From the NCBI GenBank assembly GCA_903832205.1, contig CAILAH010000038.1, positions 4,456-68,455 on the forward strand: 64,000 nt of DNA, in the 5' to 3' direction. The translations under genes were made by a program, and so were the position numbers. A model generated the notes under the pieces. That model was not told the origin of the DNA. It saw nothing but the letters and a program-made list of their open reading frames with translations, and searched no databases. Positions 25,765 through 34,467 of this stretch are shown here, piece by piece. Numbering within the stretch: the stretch's first letter is position 1; each line of letters begins with the position of its first letter. The stretch is from an uncultured Candidatus Micrarchaeota archaeon (GTDB lineage: Archaea; Micrarchaeota; Micrarchaeia; CAILAH01).

Positions 25765-26031
25765 TCATTTGGAGAACGCGTCCTTCATGCCCTCGAATGT
25801 CTCAACTGCCTCCTTGGCAGCCTGCTTGAGCAATTTTCTCGCGTCCCCTTTCTTCGTCTTAAGAACCAGCTTCGGCGGGTCCCTGTTCGGGTGGCCCACA
25901 ACATAGGTGACGAATTCCACGTCCTTATTCTCAATGAGTATGTCCTTTAGCACTGAGGGTATGCTGTACTCCTCGCCAATGAACTGCACTTCTATATGAT
26001 TTTTCTCGTCAACAGTGAAATTCAGCTTCAT
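25765..26031 (-). CDS. rpoL: DNA-directed RNA polymerase subunit L (Rpo11)
   Basis: MKLNFTVDEKNHIEVQFIGEEYSIPSVLKDILIENKDVEFVTYVVGHPNRDPPKLVLKTK matches the Rpo11 fold pattern. Start trimmed to Met19 of the ORF. Confidence 0.7.
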   Translation of the reverse strand: MKLNFTVDEKNHIEVQFIGEEYSIPSVLKDILIENKDVEFVTYVVGHPNRDPPKLVLKTKKGDARKLLKQAAKEAVETFEGMKDAFSK

Positions 26032-26594
26032 ACCATCACCTCTAAATATGAGGACGCGATTTTCCTCGGCTCGCTCTTGTTGCAATTTGAGCAGAACAAT
26101 TTATTATCCTTCCTGAGCACCATGGCCTGCCTGCACGATGAGCAGAACGCCTTTATCACGCCCAGGTCATTTGCCTTCATGGCAACGTCAATCCCGCCGC
26201 GTGCAATTTTCGAAACCTCAACCTTTACGAGGTCGCCCGAGCGCACCGCCTCACTCATGCACTTCATGTACACGCCGTAGGACTTCACGCCCTCAATGCG
26301 CATCATGGCGAAATCATTGGCAAGGTTAACCCTGTTTTTGCCGGTCCTGTCATAATCAAAAAGCGTCATCATGGCATGCGTCTCGCCAACATTGTCAACC
26401 ACCGCGTAGAACTGCTGCCCAACTTTCACGCCCAGGACCGTGCCGAATGATGGCTCTATGCCAAGCGTCCTCTTCTGCTCGTCCACGATTTTGTTGCCGC
26501 ACAGGCCTGCCCTGACCTGGTCGTCTTCCGAGTAGGCGCCGTCACCGGCAGCAAACTCGATTTCGTCCCCGAGCACCTTTCCAGGTGTTTCCAT
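26028..26594 (-). CDS. csl4: Exosome complex RNA-binding subunit Csl4 (S1 domain + C-terminal Zn-ribbon)
   Basis: METPGKVLGDEIEF…, S1-like core, CSSCRQ…CSNC zinc ribbon. The 355-aa ORF was trimmed to 188 aa; the upstream part is Ser-rich low complexity overlapping the divergent gene. Confidence 0.7.
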   Translation of the reverse strand: METPGKVLGDEIEFAAGDGAYSEDDQVRAGLCGNKIVDEQKRTLGIEPSFGTVLGVKVGQQFYAVVDNVGETHAMMTLFDYDRTGKNRVNLANDFAMMRIEGVKSYGVYMKCMSEAVRSGDLVKVEVSKIARGGIDVAMKANDLGVIKAFCSSCRQAMVLRKDNKLFCSNCNKSEPRKIASSYLEVMV

Positions 26595-26646
26595 GGATAG
26601 TTTAACATTATTAGGTTTAAATACTTTCCAAAACAATTTTAGTCCG

Positions 26647-27864
26647 ATGCCAAAAAAAATGCTTGTCCTCTGCATTGACAGGGATGCCGACCTGAAAGAG
26701 AAGGTCGGCATTGCCGGCCCGATAATAGGCAGGGCAAGGAACCTCGATGCGGCAAACAGGATACTGCTTAAGGATCCTGAAGAGGTGGACGGCAACACGA
26801 TTTTCGAGGCGGTAAAACTTTTCGATTCGATGAAGGCGAACGGCGAGGATGTCGAGGTCGCAACGCTCACCGGAGACCAGTCGCGCGGGTACACCGCCGA
26901 CAGGGAGGTCGCGGAGCAGCTCGATAGGGTGCTCACCGAATTCCCCGCGGAGTCGTGCATATTCGTGGGCGACGGCGCGGATGACGAGCAGATTATGCCC
27001 ATCATCAACTCAAGGATGAAAGTGGACAGCGTAAAGCAGGTGTCCATGAAGCAGTCCAAGGAGCTTGAGAGGACATATTTCCTCATACTTGACAAGCTGA
27101 AGGAGCCCTATTTCGCAAGGATGTTCATCGGGCTTCCGGCAATCATTCTTCTCACATTGGTCATCAGCTATTCATTGGGGTTCGAGTGGAAGCCGGTCGC
27201 GGCGCTTGTCGGCCTCTACCTTTTGCTTAAGGGGTTCGGCATTGAGGACAGGCTTGCAAACACGCTTTCACATTTCAAGTTCAGCGCGGAGCAGGTGAGC
27301 ACGATTGCATATTTCATCGCCCTGCCCCTGTTCGCGCTCGCATTATGGCTCTCCATTGATGAGTACATCAAGTGGGCGCCGTCAGTTGACAATCTGAAGG
27401 CTCTTGCATTCGGCGTGCGCTCGCTTGTGATATTCCTGGTGCCGCCGCTGGTGCTCGTCTTCGCTGGAAAATTCTATGACAACGTCAGGGACGGCAACAA
27501 CCTGGGCACGCTGCGCATGCTGTTCTATTGCGTGATGGTGGGCATTACGCTGTTCATAGTGTGGACATTTGCGGGCTGGGTGATTGCGGAGGCATATTTC
27601 AGCGAGCTCGTTAACGCGCTCATAGTAAGCATCATATTCGGCACAATCGCAATGGAAACCGTGCAGTACCTGAAACGCGACTCAATCCACGGCGTTGATC
27701 TGCTCGGCAAGGAAGTCTACTCATCATCGGGCAACTACCTGGGCAGGGTTGTGAGCGTGAGTGACGAGGAGAAGGATTTCGTCTACACAAACCCCTGGAA
27801 GAAAAAGCAGGTGTGCGACTACGACCAGGTCAAGGATATTGATGCGAGGATCAACCTCATATAA
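26647..27864 (+). CDS. Polytopic membrane protein with a cytoplasmic N-terminal domain (DUF373-like?)
   Basis: Soluble N-terminal domain of about 170 aa (MLVLCIDRDADLKEKVGIAGPIIGRARN…), then about 6 TM helices and a C-terminal β-rich tail. Family name not verifiable without an HMM search. Confidence 0.35.
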   Translation: MPKKMLVLCIDRDADLKEKVGIAGPIIGRARNLDAANRILLKDPEEVDGNTIFEAVKLFDSMKANGEDVEVATLTGDQSRGYTADREVAEQLDRVLTEFPAESCIFVGDGADDEQIMPIINSRMKVDSVKQVSMKQSKELERTYFLILDKLKEPYFARMFIGLPAIILLTLVISYSLGFEWKPVAALVGLYLLLKGFGIEDRLANTLSHFKFSAEQVSTIAYFIALPLFALALWLSIDEYIKWAPSVDNLKALAFGVRSLVIFLVPPLVLVFAGKFYDNVRDGNNLGTLRMLFYCVMVGITLFIVWTFAGWVIAEAYFSELVNALIVSIIFGTIAMETVQYLKRDSIHGVDLLGKEVYSSSGNYLGRVVSVSDEEKDFVYTNPWKKKQVCDYDQVKDIDARINLI

Positions 27865-27877
27865 TGGTGAAAGCCAC

Positions 27878-28330
27878 ATGATACCTGAATCACAATACAT
27901 CGAGGCCGCCATTGTTGTGCGCGACATGCGCATGCCGCAGGAGGTTACGCTCACCAAGGCATCGCTCATCAGGTGGCTCGCGCTTGCGCTCGGGCTTATC
28001 AACCCGAACGAGTCCCGCAAATCGCTCATCGATTTGGTTGAGGTTCTGCTCAACCACCAGCTGAAGGGCAGGAAGGGCATGACCGTTGATGAGATGATGG
28101 TGAAGCTCAAGGCCGCGGGCAAGACCTGCGGCGAGAAGACGGTGCGCTACCACCTGCTCCGCATGGAGAAGAAGGGAGTGGTGCGCAGGAAGAACAAGGA
28201 ATACTCATTCCTGATTTCTGATTTGGATGATGCGGGCATCGAGTCCATTGCCGACTCATACGATACGAAATACAGGAGCGCGATGGGCAAGGTCAGGATG
28301 GCGCTTGCAAAGCTAAAAGGGATGTACTAA
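27878..28330 (+). CDS. Winged-helix DNA-binding protein
   Basis: MTVDEMMVKLKAAGKTCGEKTVRYHLLRMEKKGVVRRKNKEYSF is a wHTH signature. Start set at Met 27878 to avoid overlap. Confidence 0.4.
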   Translation: MIPESQYIEAAIVVRDMRMPQEVTLTKASLIRWLALALGLINPNESRKSLIDLVEVLLNHQLKGRKGMTVDEMMVKLKAAGKTCGEKTVRYHLLRMEKKGVVRRKNKEYSFLISDLDDAGIESIADSYDTKYRSAMGKVRMALAKLKGMY

Positions 28331-29265
28331 TGGCCCGCGTTTTCGTTACCGGCGGCACGGGAAAGCTTGGCGCATACGTCATCAAACTCCTCCTTGGCAA
28401 CGGCTATGAGGTTGTTGCGCTGAGCCGGGAGAAAAACATCAAAGGCTGCAGGACAATAAAGGGCAGCATGTCGGATTTTGATTACACGCAGATTAAAGGG
28501 TGCAGGCACGCGATTCACATGGCGGGCACAATCGACATGTCCCTCTCACCGGCGGATATCTACAGGATTAATGTGGAGGGCACAAAGGGCATTGTTGAGC
28601 ACTGCGCACAGGCGGGCATCCCGCACTTTACTTTCATAAGCTCGATTTCCGTTTACGGGAAACGCAACAATAGCGACATAACCGAGAAGACCGCGCTCTC
28701 GCCGGATACGCCCTATGCGAAAAGCAAATTCCAGGGAGAGATGGTGGTGCAGGGATATGCGGGCGATGTGTGCATTTTGAGGCCGTCAATTATTTACGGG
28801 CCGGGGTTTGATACGGGGTTCAGGATGGCATACGAGCGCATAAAGGCAGGAAAAATGTTCCTGTTCGGTGACGGGAACAACCACGTCCCGCTCGTTCACG
28901 CTGCAGATGTGGCGAACGCAATCCAGCTCGCCGTTGCCGAGAACGCAACAGGAATATACAATGTGAACGATGAGGACGAGATGACGCAGAAAGAGCTTTT
29001 GGATTATGTCGCAAAGCTCACAAGCTCGCCTCTCAAATACAAGCAGATCCCAAGGCACTCAATCAGGCCGCTGCTCGCGCTCTACAATTTCTCACGCTCA
29101 TTATCGAAGAAGCCGCCCATCCCAAGTGAATTCGTCGATATGCTCGCAACCGAGCGCATCGTTAAGACGGGCAAGATAAGGAAAGAGCTCGGGTTTCGGA
29201 ATTCCTATCCGGCCAAGATAGGCATTGCTGAGTTCGTAGACTACCTATCAAAAAGGCATTCGTAA
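28330..29265 (+). CDS. NAD-dependent epimerase/dehydratase (extended SDR)
   Basis: MARVFVTGGTGKLGAYVIKLL Rossmann motif; YAKSK active-site motif (Y-x3-K). Confidence 0.8.
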   Translation: MARVFVTGGTGKLGAYVIKLLLGNGYEVVALSREKNIKGCRTIKGSMSDFDYTQIKGCRHAIHMAGTIDMSLSPADIYRINVEGTKGIVEHCAQAGIPHFTFISSISVYGKRNNSDITEKTALSPDTPYAKSKFQGEMVVQGYAGDVCILRPSIIYGPGFDTGFRMAYERIKAGKMFLFGDGNNHVPLVHAADVANAIQLAVAENATGIYNVNDEDEMTQKELLDYVAKLTSSPLKYKQIPRHSIRPLLALYNFSRSLSKKPPIPSEFVDMLATERIVKTGKIRKELGFRNSYPAKIGIAEFVDYLSKRHS

Positions 29266-29301
29266 GGTTTAAATCACGTTATATCTCCTATAATCCCCGC
29301 T

Positions 29302-30528
29302 ATGGCAGAATCCTCAGTTACCATTGTAAATTCCGGCACTGGCCTTACACAGCGCCAGATCAGCCAGGAGATTATATCCAGACTTAAGATGATGGTTAGC
29401 GAGGCAAAGAAGCTGCTCAGGCAGAATAACATACGCGGCGCGGAGAGAAGGGTACACGATGCGCTTAACCTTGACCCGAACAATCCACAGGCCACATCGT
29501 TATTGATTAAGCTTTATTCGGGCACAGGCCGCGCATTCAAGGCCAGGAAGCTGTATGAGAGCGCAATTGAGCGCGGCATCGCATCAGGGCATTCGCCCGT
29601 CCCTATTTATGAGGCGTACCTGCGTGCGAACAAATCCACCCTCGCCCACGAGCTGCATCTGTTTTCAATTGAGAAAGGCGTGGCCCCGGCCGATGCCAAC
29701 TCTGCGCTCATTGCGGCATATTGCAAGTGCGGCCTTGTTGAGGAGGCACGTTCCATATTTGACACTGCATTGCAGGCAAAAGAGGTCAACCACTTCGCAT
29801 TCCTTTCCTTGATTCTGGGCTATAGCAGAAAGGATATGCCCGCCACTGTCATTAAGATATACGGGCTTGCAGAAGCCAATAACATGTGCAATGATGACAT
29901 AAACGATGCGATGATAATCACATTCGCAAAGGTGAACGACGCAGAATCCGCAGTCAGGCTGTTCAGCGGGTCACACAGGGGAATCATCCGCTCCCATGAG
30001 ACATTCGCCTCATTAATGCAGATGTATGCAAGATTGGGTAACGTGCCCAAGGCACGCGAGATATTTGACCTGTCAGTTGAGAAGGGATATGCGGATAACG
30101 TGACTTACGGCATCATGATTGACATCTACTGCACCGGAAAAGATACTGGGAATGTAAAAGGGCTGCAGCAAAAAGCGCTTGGCGCAAACCAGCTTGATAA
30201 GAGGGCCTACGCGTCGCTCATCCACTATTACTGCTCAATCGGCGATATTGATGAGGCGCGCAAGCTCTTTGATGACGGAGCACCGAGAAGGAAGGTTGAC
30301 AGCATGGACTGCACCACGCTTATGCACGTCTACCACGTCAAGTGGGAAATAGTAAATGCAAGGGAAGTGTATGAAATCGCAATCAAGAATGGCTTCTGCG
30401 ACTCCCGCTGCCATGACTATATGTATAATATCTATGAGATGCGGGGAGACCACAAGTCGGCAAAGGAAGTCTATGAGCAGTGGCTCAGGATTATGATAGA
30501 ACGGAGAAATTCCAGGCCCCATCCCTAG
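29302..30528 (+). CDS. PPR/TPR-like helical-repeat protein (about 10 degenerate 35-aa repeats)
   Basis: Repeated units ALIAAYCKCGLVEEARSIFDTA, TFASLMQMYARLGNVPKAREIFDL, YASLIHYYCSIGDIDEARKLFDDG and YGIMIDIYCTGKD are strikingly PPR-like. Confidence 0.6.
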   Translation: MAESSVTIVNSGTGLTQRQISQEIISRLKMMVSEAKKLLRQNNIRGAERRVHDALNLDPNNPQATSLLIKLYSGTGRAFKARKLYESAIERGIASGHSPVPIYEAYLRANKSTLAHELHLFSIEKGVAPADANSALIAAYCKCGLVEEARSIFDTALQAKEVNHFAFLSLILGYSRKDMPATVIKIYGLAEANNMCNDDINDAMIITFAKVNDAESAVRLFSGSHRGIIRSHETFASLMQMYARLGNVPKAREIFDLSVEKGYADNVTYGIMIDIYCTGKDTGNVKGLQQKALGANQLDKRAYASLIHYYCSIGDIDEARKLFDDGAPRRKVDSMDCTTLMHVYHVKWEIVNAREVYEIAIKNGFCDSRCHDYMYNIYEMRGDHKSAKEVYEQWLRIMIERRNSRPHP

Positions 30529-30596
30529 TTTGCAATTGTAACAAAAAGCTATTTTTGATACATACGTATTTATTCCGCGATTTCCTAACTTAATTC

Positions 30597-30782
30597 ATGG
30601 CCGCAAAAGGCATCCTTGGCATGATTGGAAATACGCCGCTTGTGAATGTTAACGGCATTCTTGCAAAGCTTGAGGCATACAATCCAACGGGAAGCGTAAA
30701 GGACAGGATGGCGCATTATATTGTCAAAAAGGCCGCAGAGGAAACAAACAAGGCGTATGAAGTGTGGCTGAAAAACAAGTAG
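30597..30782 (+). pseudogene. N-terminal 61-aa remnant of a PLP-dependent cysteine synthase/CBS-family gene (truncated)
   Basis: MIGNTPLVNVNGI…KLEAYNPTGSVKDRMAHYIV matches the CysK/CysM N-terminus (NPTGSVKDR carries the PLP-lysine region). The frame terminates after 61 codons next to tRNA-Val. Confidence 0.55.
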
Positions 30783-30808
30783 ATTTCCTTTTTCTAAAAG
30801 AAGGACAA

Positions 30809-31081
30809 TGGACCCGCGCGGGATTGAACCGCGGATTTCTCGCGAAAGGGGATCTGCCGCCCCCACACATTTGCGAAAGCAAATGGTGGCGCTTTTTGGC
30901 ATGCGCCAAAACTGCGCTTCAACCCCAGGCTTGGGGCGCAGCCCCAAACCCCTGATTGAAAAGGCAGAAATCTTTCCCCAAACCCAATTTATACCCTGAG
31001 GGGGGATTGGGTCTTATGGGAAGGGGGCACTCCCCCTACCCATATGTGAGGCGAGCGTCTTAACCACTCGACTACGGGTCC
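30809..31081 (-). tRNA. tRNA-Val(CAC) with an unusually long (about 200 nt) intron at 37/38; exons 31081-31045 and 30844-30809
   Basis: Exon 1 GGACCCGUAGUCGAGUGGUUAAGACGCUCGCCUCACA. Exon 2 CGCGAGAAAUCCGCGGUUCAAUCCCGCGCGGGUCCA. Spliced length 73 nt. The intron 5' part is homologous to the tRNA-Pro intron. Confidence 0.6.
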
Positions 31082-31199
31082 AAAGTTGTATTTTTTAGGG
31101 CGGCTTAATATTAAAATAGTTCTACGCTTGAGCATAGCCGTGGCCGTTTCCATAAGGATTAACAATCTGCGCATTGGAAAGAAGGAATTCCTTGAGAGA

Positions 31200-31919
31200 A
31201 TGTCAAGGTTCAGCCTTACTCCTGTGGAGTGGTACGGCCAGGCGTACAAATCAGATGCGGAAAGCCTGGGCAAATCATTGGAATACCAGCTCGGTTATTT
31301 CTACATCCAATCTTTATCATCAATGGTCCCGGTACTCGTGCTCGACCCAAAGCCTGGTGATATGGTCCTGGACATGGCCGCAGCGCCCGGGAGCAAGTCC
31401 ACGCAATGCGCAATGCACATGGAAGACAAGGGCGTAGTTGTTGCCAATGATGTTTCATACATGAGGCTGAAGAGCCTGGCAAGCCACGTTGACCGCCTTG
31501 GCATCACAAGCATTGCAATGACAAATTTTGACGGGCAAAGATTCCCAAGCGTTGCACCGTTCAGCAAAATCCTGCTTGACGCGCCCTGCAGCTCCATGGG
31601 CTCAAGGAAAAACATCCTCCCGCACTCGGAAGGCCGGATAAGAAGCCTCGCAAAGCTGCAGAAGTCACTGCTGCTCAGGGGATTCGACCTGCTTGCGCCC
31701 GCAGGCACGCTGGTATATTCAACCTGCACAACGACAGTGGAGGAGAACGAGCAGGTGATTGAGAACCTGCTTTCAAAGAGGGATAATGCAAAGGTTGAGA
31801 AGCTGCAATTGCCGTTCGCGTTTGAGAAAGGCCTAGGCGGGAACTCGGAAGTAGATTCGGATGTGTGCAGGTTCACGCTTGACGAGTCATTCTTCATTGC
31901 GAAGATAACAAAGAAGTGA
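31200..31919 (+). CDS. NOL1/NOP2/Sun-family RNA (cytosine-C5)-methyltransferase
   Basis: DMAAAPGSKST (SAM motif) and LLDAPCSSMG (catalytic PC motif). Start uncertain: ATG at 31200 or an upstream non-ATG start. Confidence 0.75.
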   Translation: MSRFSLTPVEWYGQAYKSDAESLGKSLEYQLGYFYIQSLSSMVPVLVLDPKPGDMVLDMAAAPGSKSTQCAMHMEDKGVVVANDVSYMRLKSLASHVDRLGITSIAMTNFDGQRFPSVAPFSKILLDAPCSSMGSRKNILPHSEGRIRSLAKLQKSLLLRGFDLLAPAGTLVYSTCTTTVEENEQVIENLLSKRDNAKVEKLQLPFAFEKGLGGNSEVDSDVCRFTLDESFFIAKITKK

Positions 31920-31923
31920 AAAC

Positions 31924-32364
31924 ATGGATGAGGACAAGTTCGCAGTGTATTTGAAGAGCCGTTTCGGCATCATGCTCAGCGAAGAGTTCGGCATTGAGGA
32001 GAAGACGAGCAAGGTATACGTGTATTCAAAGGATTTGGAAAAATTGGGCCTGCGCTGGGTGCATCGGAGAGGCCTTTTGGCAGGCAAGCTGAATACCCTG
32101 TTCGGGATAAAGCCGTCGCTGGATTTCACGCTCGTGTTCGGCCATCTCGCACAGAAGAATTGCGCAGTGATAAGCGATGAGGAAGTCGCGCAGATATTTG
32201 CGGGCGAAGACATGGTGCTGAAGGACTCCTCAACATGCGAGGACGGCCTGGTTATGCTCAAGAACGTCAAAGGCATGGGCGTGGCAGTTGCCTTAAACAA
32301 GGGGGGCACTCTCCAATCGCTGGTTCAGAAGGACAGGCAGATAGCGAAAGAACAGGTTTTTTAA
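31924..32364 (+). CDS. Hypothetical protein (possibly PUA/Nip7-like), co-oriented with the Sun methyltransferase
   Basis: 146 aa. No diagnostic motif recognised. Gene order suggests a ribosome or RNA-modification context. Confidence 0.2.
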   Translation: MDEDKFAVYLKSRFGIMLSEEFGIEEKTSKVYVYSKDLEKLGLRWVHRRGLLAGKLNTLFGIKPSLDFTLVFGHLAQKNCAVISDEEVAQIFAGEDMVLKDSSTCEDGLVMLKNVKGMGVAVALNKGGTLQSLVQKDRQIAKEQVF

Positions 32365-32399
32365 TTATTGTATTATATAAGGACTGCAACGAGGTGCTC

Positions 32400-33179
32400 A
32401 TGATGCGTATTGGAAAGGTTGAACAGTATCTCTTGGATAAGATTGAAAACAAGAAGGCAATACTGTCGATAGTAGTCGACCCGGTTGACTATCCGTCCCC
32501 GGATATTGCAATCAAGACGGGCATTGCCGCCGCGGAAGCGGGAGCCGACATGATCGCCATTGGCGGGTCCATAGGCGCCCAGGGTGAATTGCTCGACATG
32601 GTGACAAAGGAAATCAAGCAGGGCGTTTCGGTACCTGTTATACTATTTCCGGGAAACGTCGGCACAATCACCAGGTACGCGGATGCGATTTATTTCCTCA
32701 CGCTGATTAACTCACGAAACCCCTACTGGCTCGGCCAGGCGCAGATGCTCGGCGCACCGCTTCTCAAGCAGTTCAATATGGAGTCAATCCCGACCGCATA
32801 CATTGTCGTTGAGCCCGGTGGCACGGTCGGCTGGGTCGGTGATGCAAAGCTCATCCCGAGGAACAAGCCGAAGATTGCCGCAGCACTTGCAATGACAGGC
32901 GAATTTGCAGGCAACCACATGATATTCACTGATGCAGGCTCTGCAAGCGAATTGGGCCCGGTCCCGGTTGACATGGTAAGGTATGTGCGAAAGGCGACAT
33001 CGCTTCCCTACATGGTGGCGGGCGGAGTGCGCAAGTTCGAAGAAGCGCACGAAATAATCAAGGCAGGCGCGGATATGATACAGATCGGCACGGCGGTCGA
33101 GAACGTCAGCGACATTAGGTACCGCGTCGAGACATTTTCCAAGACCATGAATGATGCAAAGCGTTTCGTGCAGGCATAG
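32400..33179 (+). CDS. Geranylgeranylglyceryl phosphate synthase (PcrB/GGGPS family)
   Basis: MMRIGKVEQYLLDKIENKKAILSIVVDPVD…AGADMIAIGGS…GGVRKFEEAHEIIKAGADMIQIGTA, a TIM-barrel GGGPS signature. Start trimmed to 32400. Confidence 0.8.
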   Translation: MMRIGKVEQYLLDKIENKKAILSIVVDPVDYPSPDIAIKTGIAAAEAGADMIAIGGSIGAQGELLDMVTKEIKQGVSVPVILFPGNVGTITRYADAIYFLTLINSRNPYWLGQAQMLGAPLLKQFNMESIPTAYIVVEPGGTVGWVGDAKLIPRNKPKIAAALAMTGEFAGNHMIFTDAGSASELGPVPVDMVRYVRKATSLPYMVAGGVRKFEEAHEIIKAGADMIQIGTAVENVSDIRYRVETFSKTMNDAKRFVQA

Positions 33180-33188
33180 GTGCGTTGA

Positions 33189-34415
33189 ATGTATGCGGAG
33201 CTATACGACCTTGTAGTGAAAATCCTGCTGGCGGGCGCGCTCGGCGCGCTCATCGGCATTGAGAGGGAATACTCAAAAAAGCAGCACCTATTTGGCGCAA
33301 GGACATTCCTCCTGGTCTCGCTGTGGGGCATGCTTTCTGTGGAGCTCTCCAAATTTGATTCCTCGCTCACCTACTTTCCGCTCCTATCATTCATGGGCGT
33401 GCTGGTGCTCACATTCTTTTTCTTCAAGATTTCTTCGGATACGCGCAAGGGCGGCCTTACAACATTCGTGCTGTTCCCGCTTGCATTTATGATAGGCATA
33501 ATGGTCGCCTATTCATTCTTCGTTCCGGCAGTGGCCATTGCGGTCATAGTCACTGCGGTGCTCTATGCAAAAAAATATTCGTCCGTTCTCGTGAAAAAGC
33601 TTACCGAGGCGGAGTGGAGCGACATCATAAGGTTTGCGCTCATCCTGTTCGTGCTATACCCGATCTCGCCGGCAATACTCACGCTCTACGGGTTCAATTT
33701 CAACCTGGACATATTCTTCAAGATGATTTATTTCGTTTCGGCAATAAGCCTGGCAGCATTTTTGCTCCAGAGGATTTACCCGAAGCTATCGCTCTCATCA
33801 GTCGGTTTCCTTGGCGGCCTGGTCAACAGCGTCTCAACGGTTTACCTTGTACTCTCAAAGGTGGGCAGGATTGACAAGTCGCTGTTCAGGGTATACAGCG
33901 CATCGCAGATTGCAAGCGCGCTCAGGAACATCTTCTTCATCGCGCTATTCTCAATGGCGCTTTTCCTGCAGGTGTGGCCGTTCTTCCTGGCGGTGATTGC
34001 AGTTCACTTTATCATACAGCTGTTTTCCCCCATACCTAGCATCAACATAGGCATGCTGAAGTTTGACCAGCCGTTCACCATGTCCCGCGCAATCAAGCTT
34101 GCCGTCATCTTCCTGTTCATATCCGCAATGATAGATTTCGTAATCCGCACTTCGGAGTTCGGGCTTTACATCGTGTCATTTGTGGGCGGCCTGTTCAGCA
34201 GCATCGCCACCATTGCGTCAATACTTGCCGGCTCGCAGAACCTGACGCAGCCGCAGGTTATTCTCGCAACGCTCAGCGCATTCCTGGGAGGGGTTGTCGC
34301 CAGCGCGGGCATAGGGTTCCTGTTCGAGCAGAAGGCGATGCGCCTAGAGGTTGCACTCTCGCTTCTTGCCTCAATAATAATCATGGGCATGCTGGCATTT
34401 TTCCTTGTGCATTAG
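33189..34415 (+). CDS. MgtC/SapB-family membrane protein with C-terminal DUF4010-type TM domain
   Basis: N-terminus LLAGALGALIGIEREYSKKQHLFGARTF (MgtC motif). About 10-12 TM helices. 408 aa. Confidence 0.65.
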   Translation: MYAELYDLVVKILLAGALGALIGIEREYSKKQHLFGARTFLLVSLWGMLSVELSKFDSSLTYFPLLSFMGVLVLTFFFFKISSDTRKGGLTTFVLFPLAFMIGIMVAYSFFVPAVAIAVIVTAVLYAKKYSSVLVKKLTEAEWSDIIRFALILFVLYPISPAILTLYGFNFNLDIFFKMIYFVSAISLAAFLLQRIYPKLSLSSVGFLGGLVNSVSTVYLVLSKVGRIDKSLFRVYSASQIASALRNIFFIALFSMALFLQVWPFFLAVIAVHFIIQLFSPIPSINIGMLKFDQPFTMSRAIKLAVIFLFISAMIDFVIRTSEFGLYIVSFVGGLFSSIATIASILAGSQNLTQPQVILATLSAFLGGVVASAGIGFLFEQKAMRLEVALSLLASIIIMGMLAFFLVH

Positions 34416-34467
34416 CTTTCGTGTCTTGCAAAATCTTTTTATTAACTGAACATGTCTAATTTTCCTG

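Noticed and set aside
26595-27095. N-terminal 167 aa of the 355-aa track ORF 26028-27095 (Ser-rich)
   Set aside because: Low-complexity extension antisense to the 26647-27864 gene. Csl4 homology begins only at METPGKV.
30724-31273. Four overlapping 60-94-aa ORFs on both strands
   Set aside because: All fall within the tRNA-Val exons and its 200-nt intron. Translations are Pro/Gly/Arg-rich junk.
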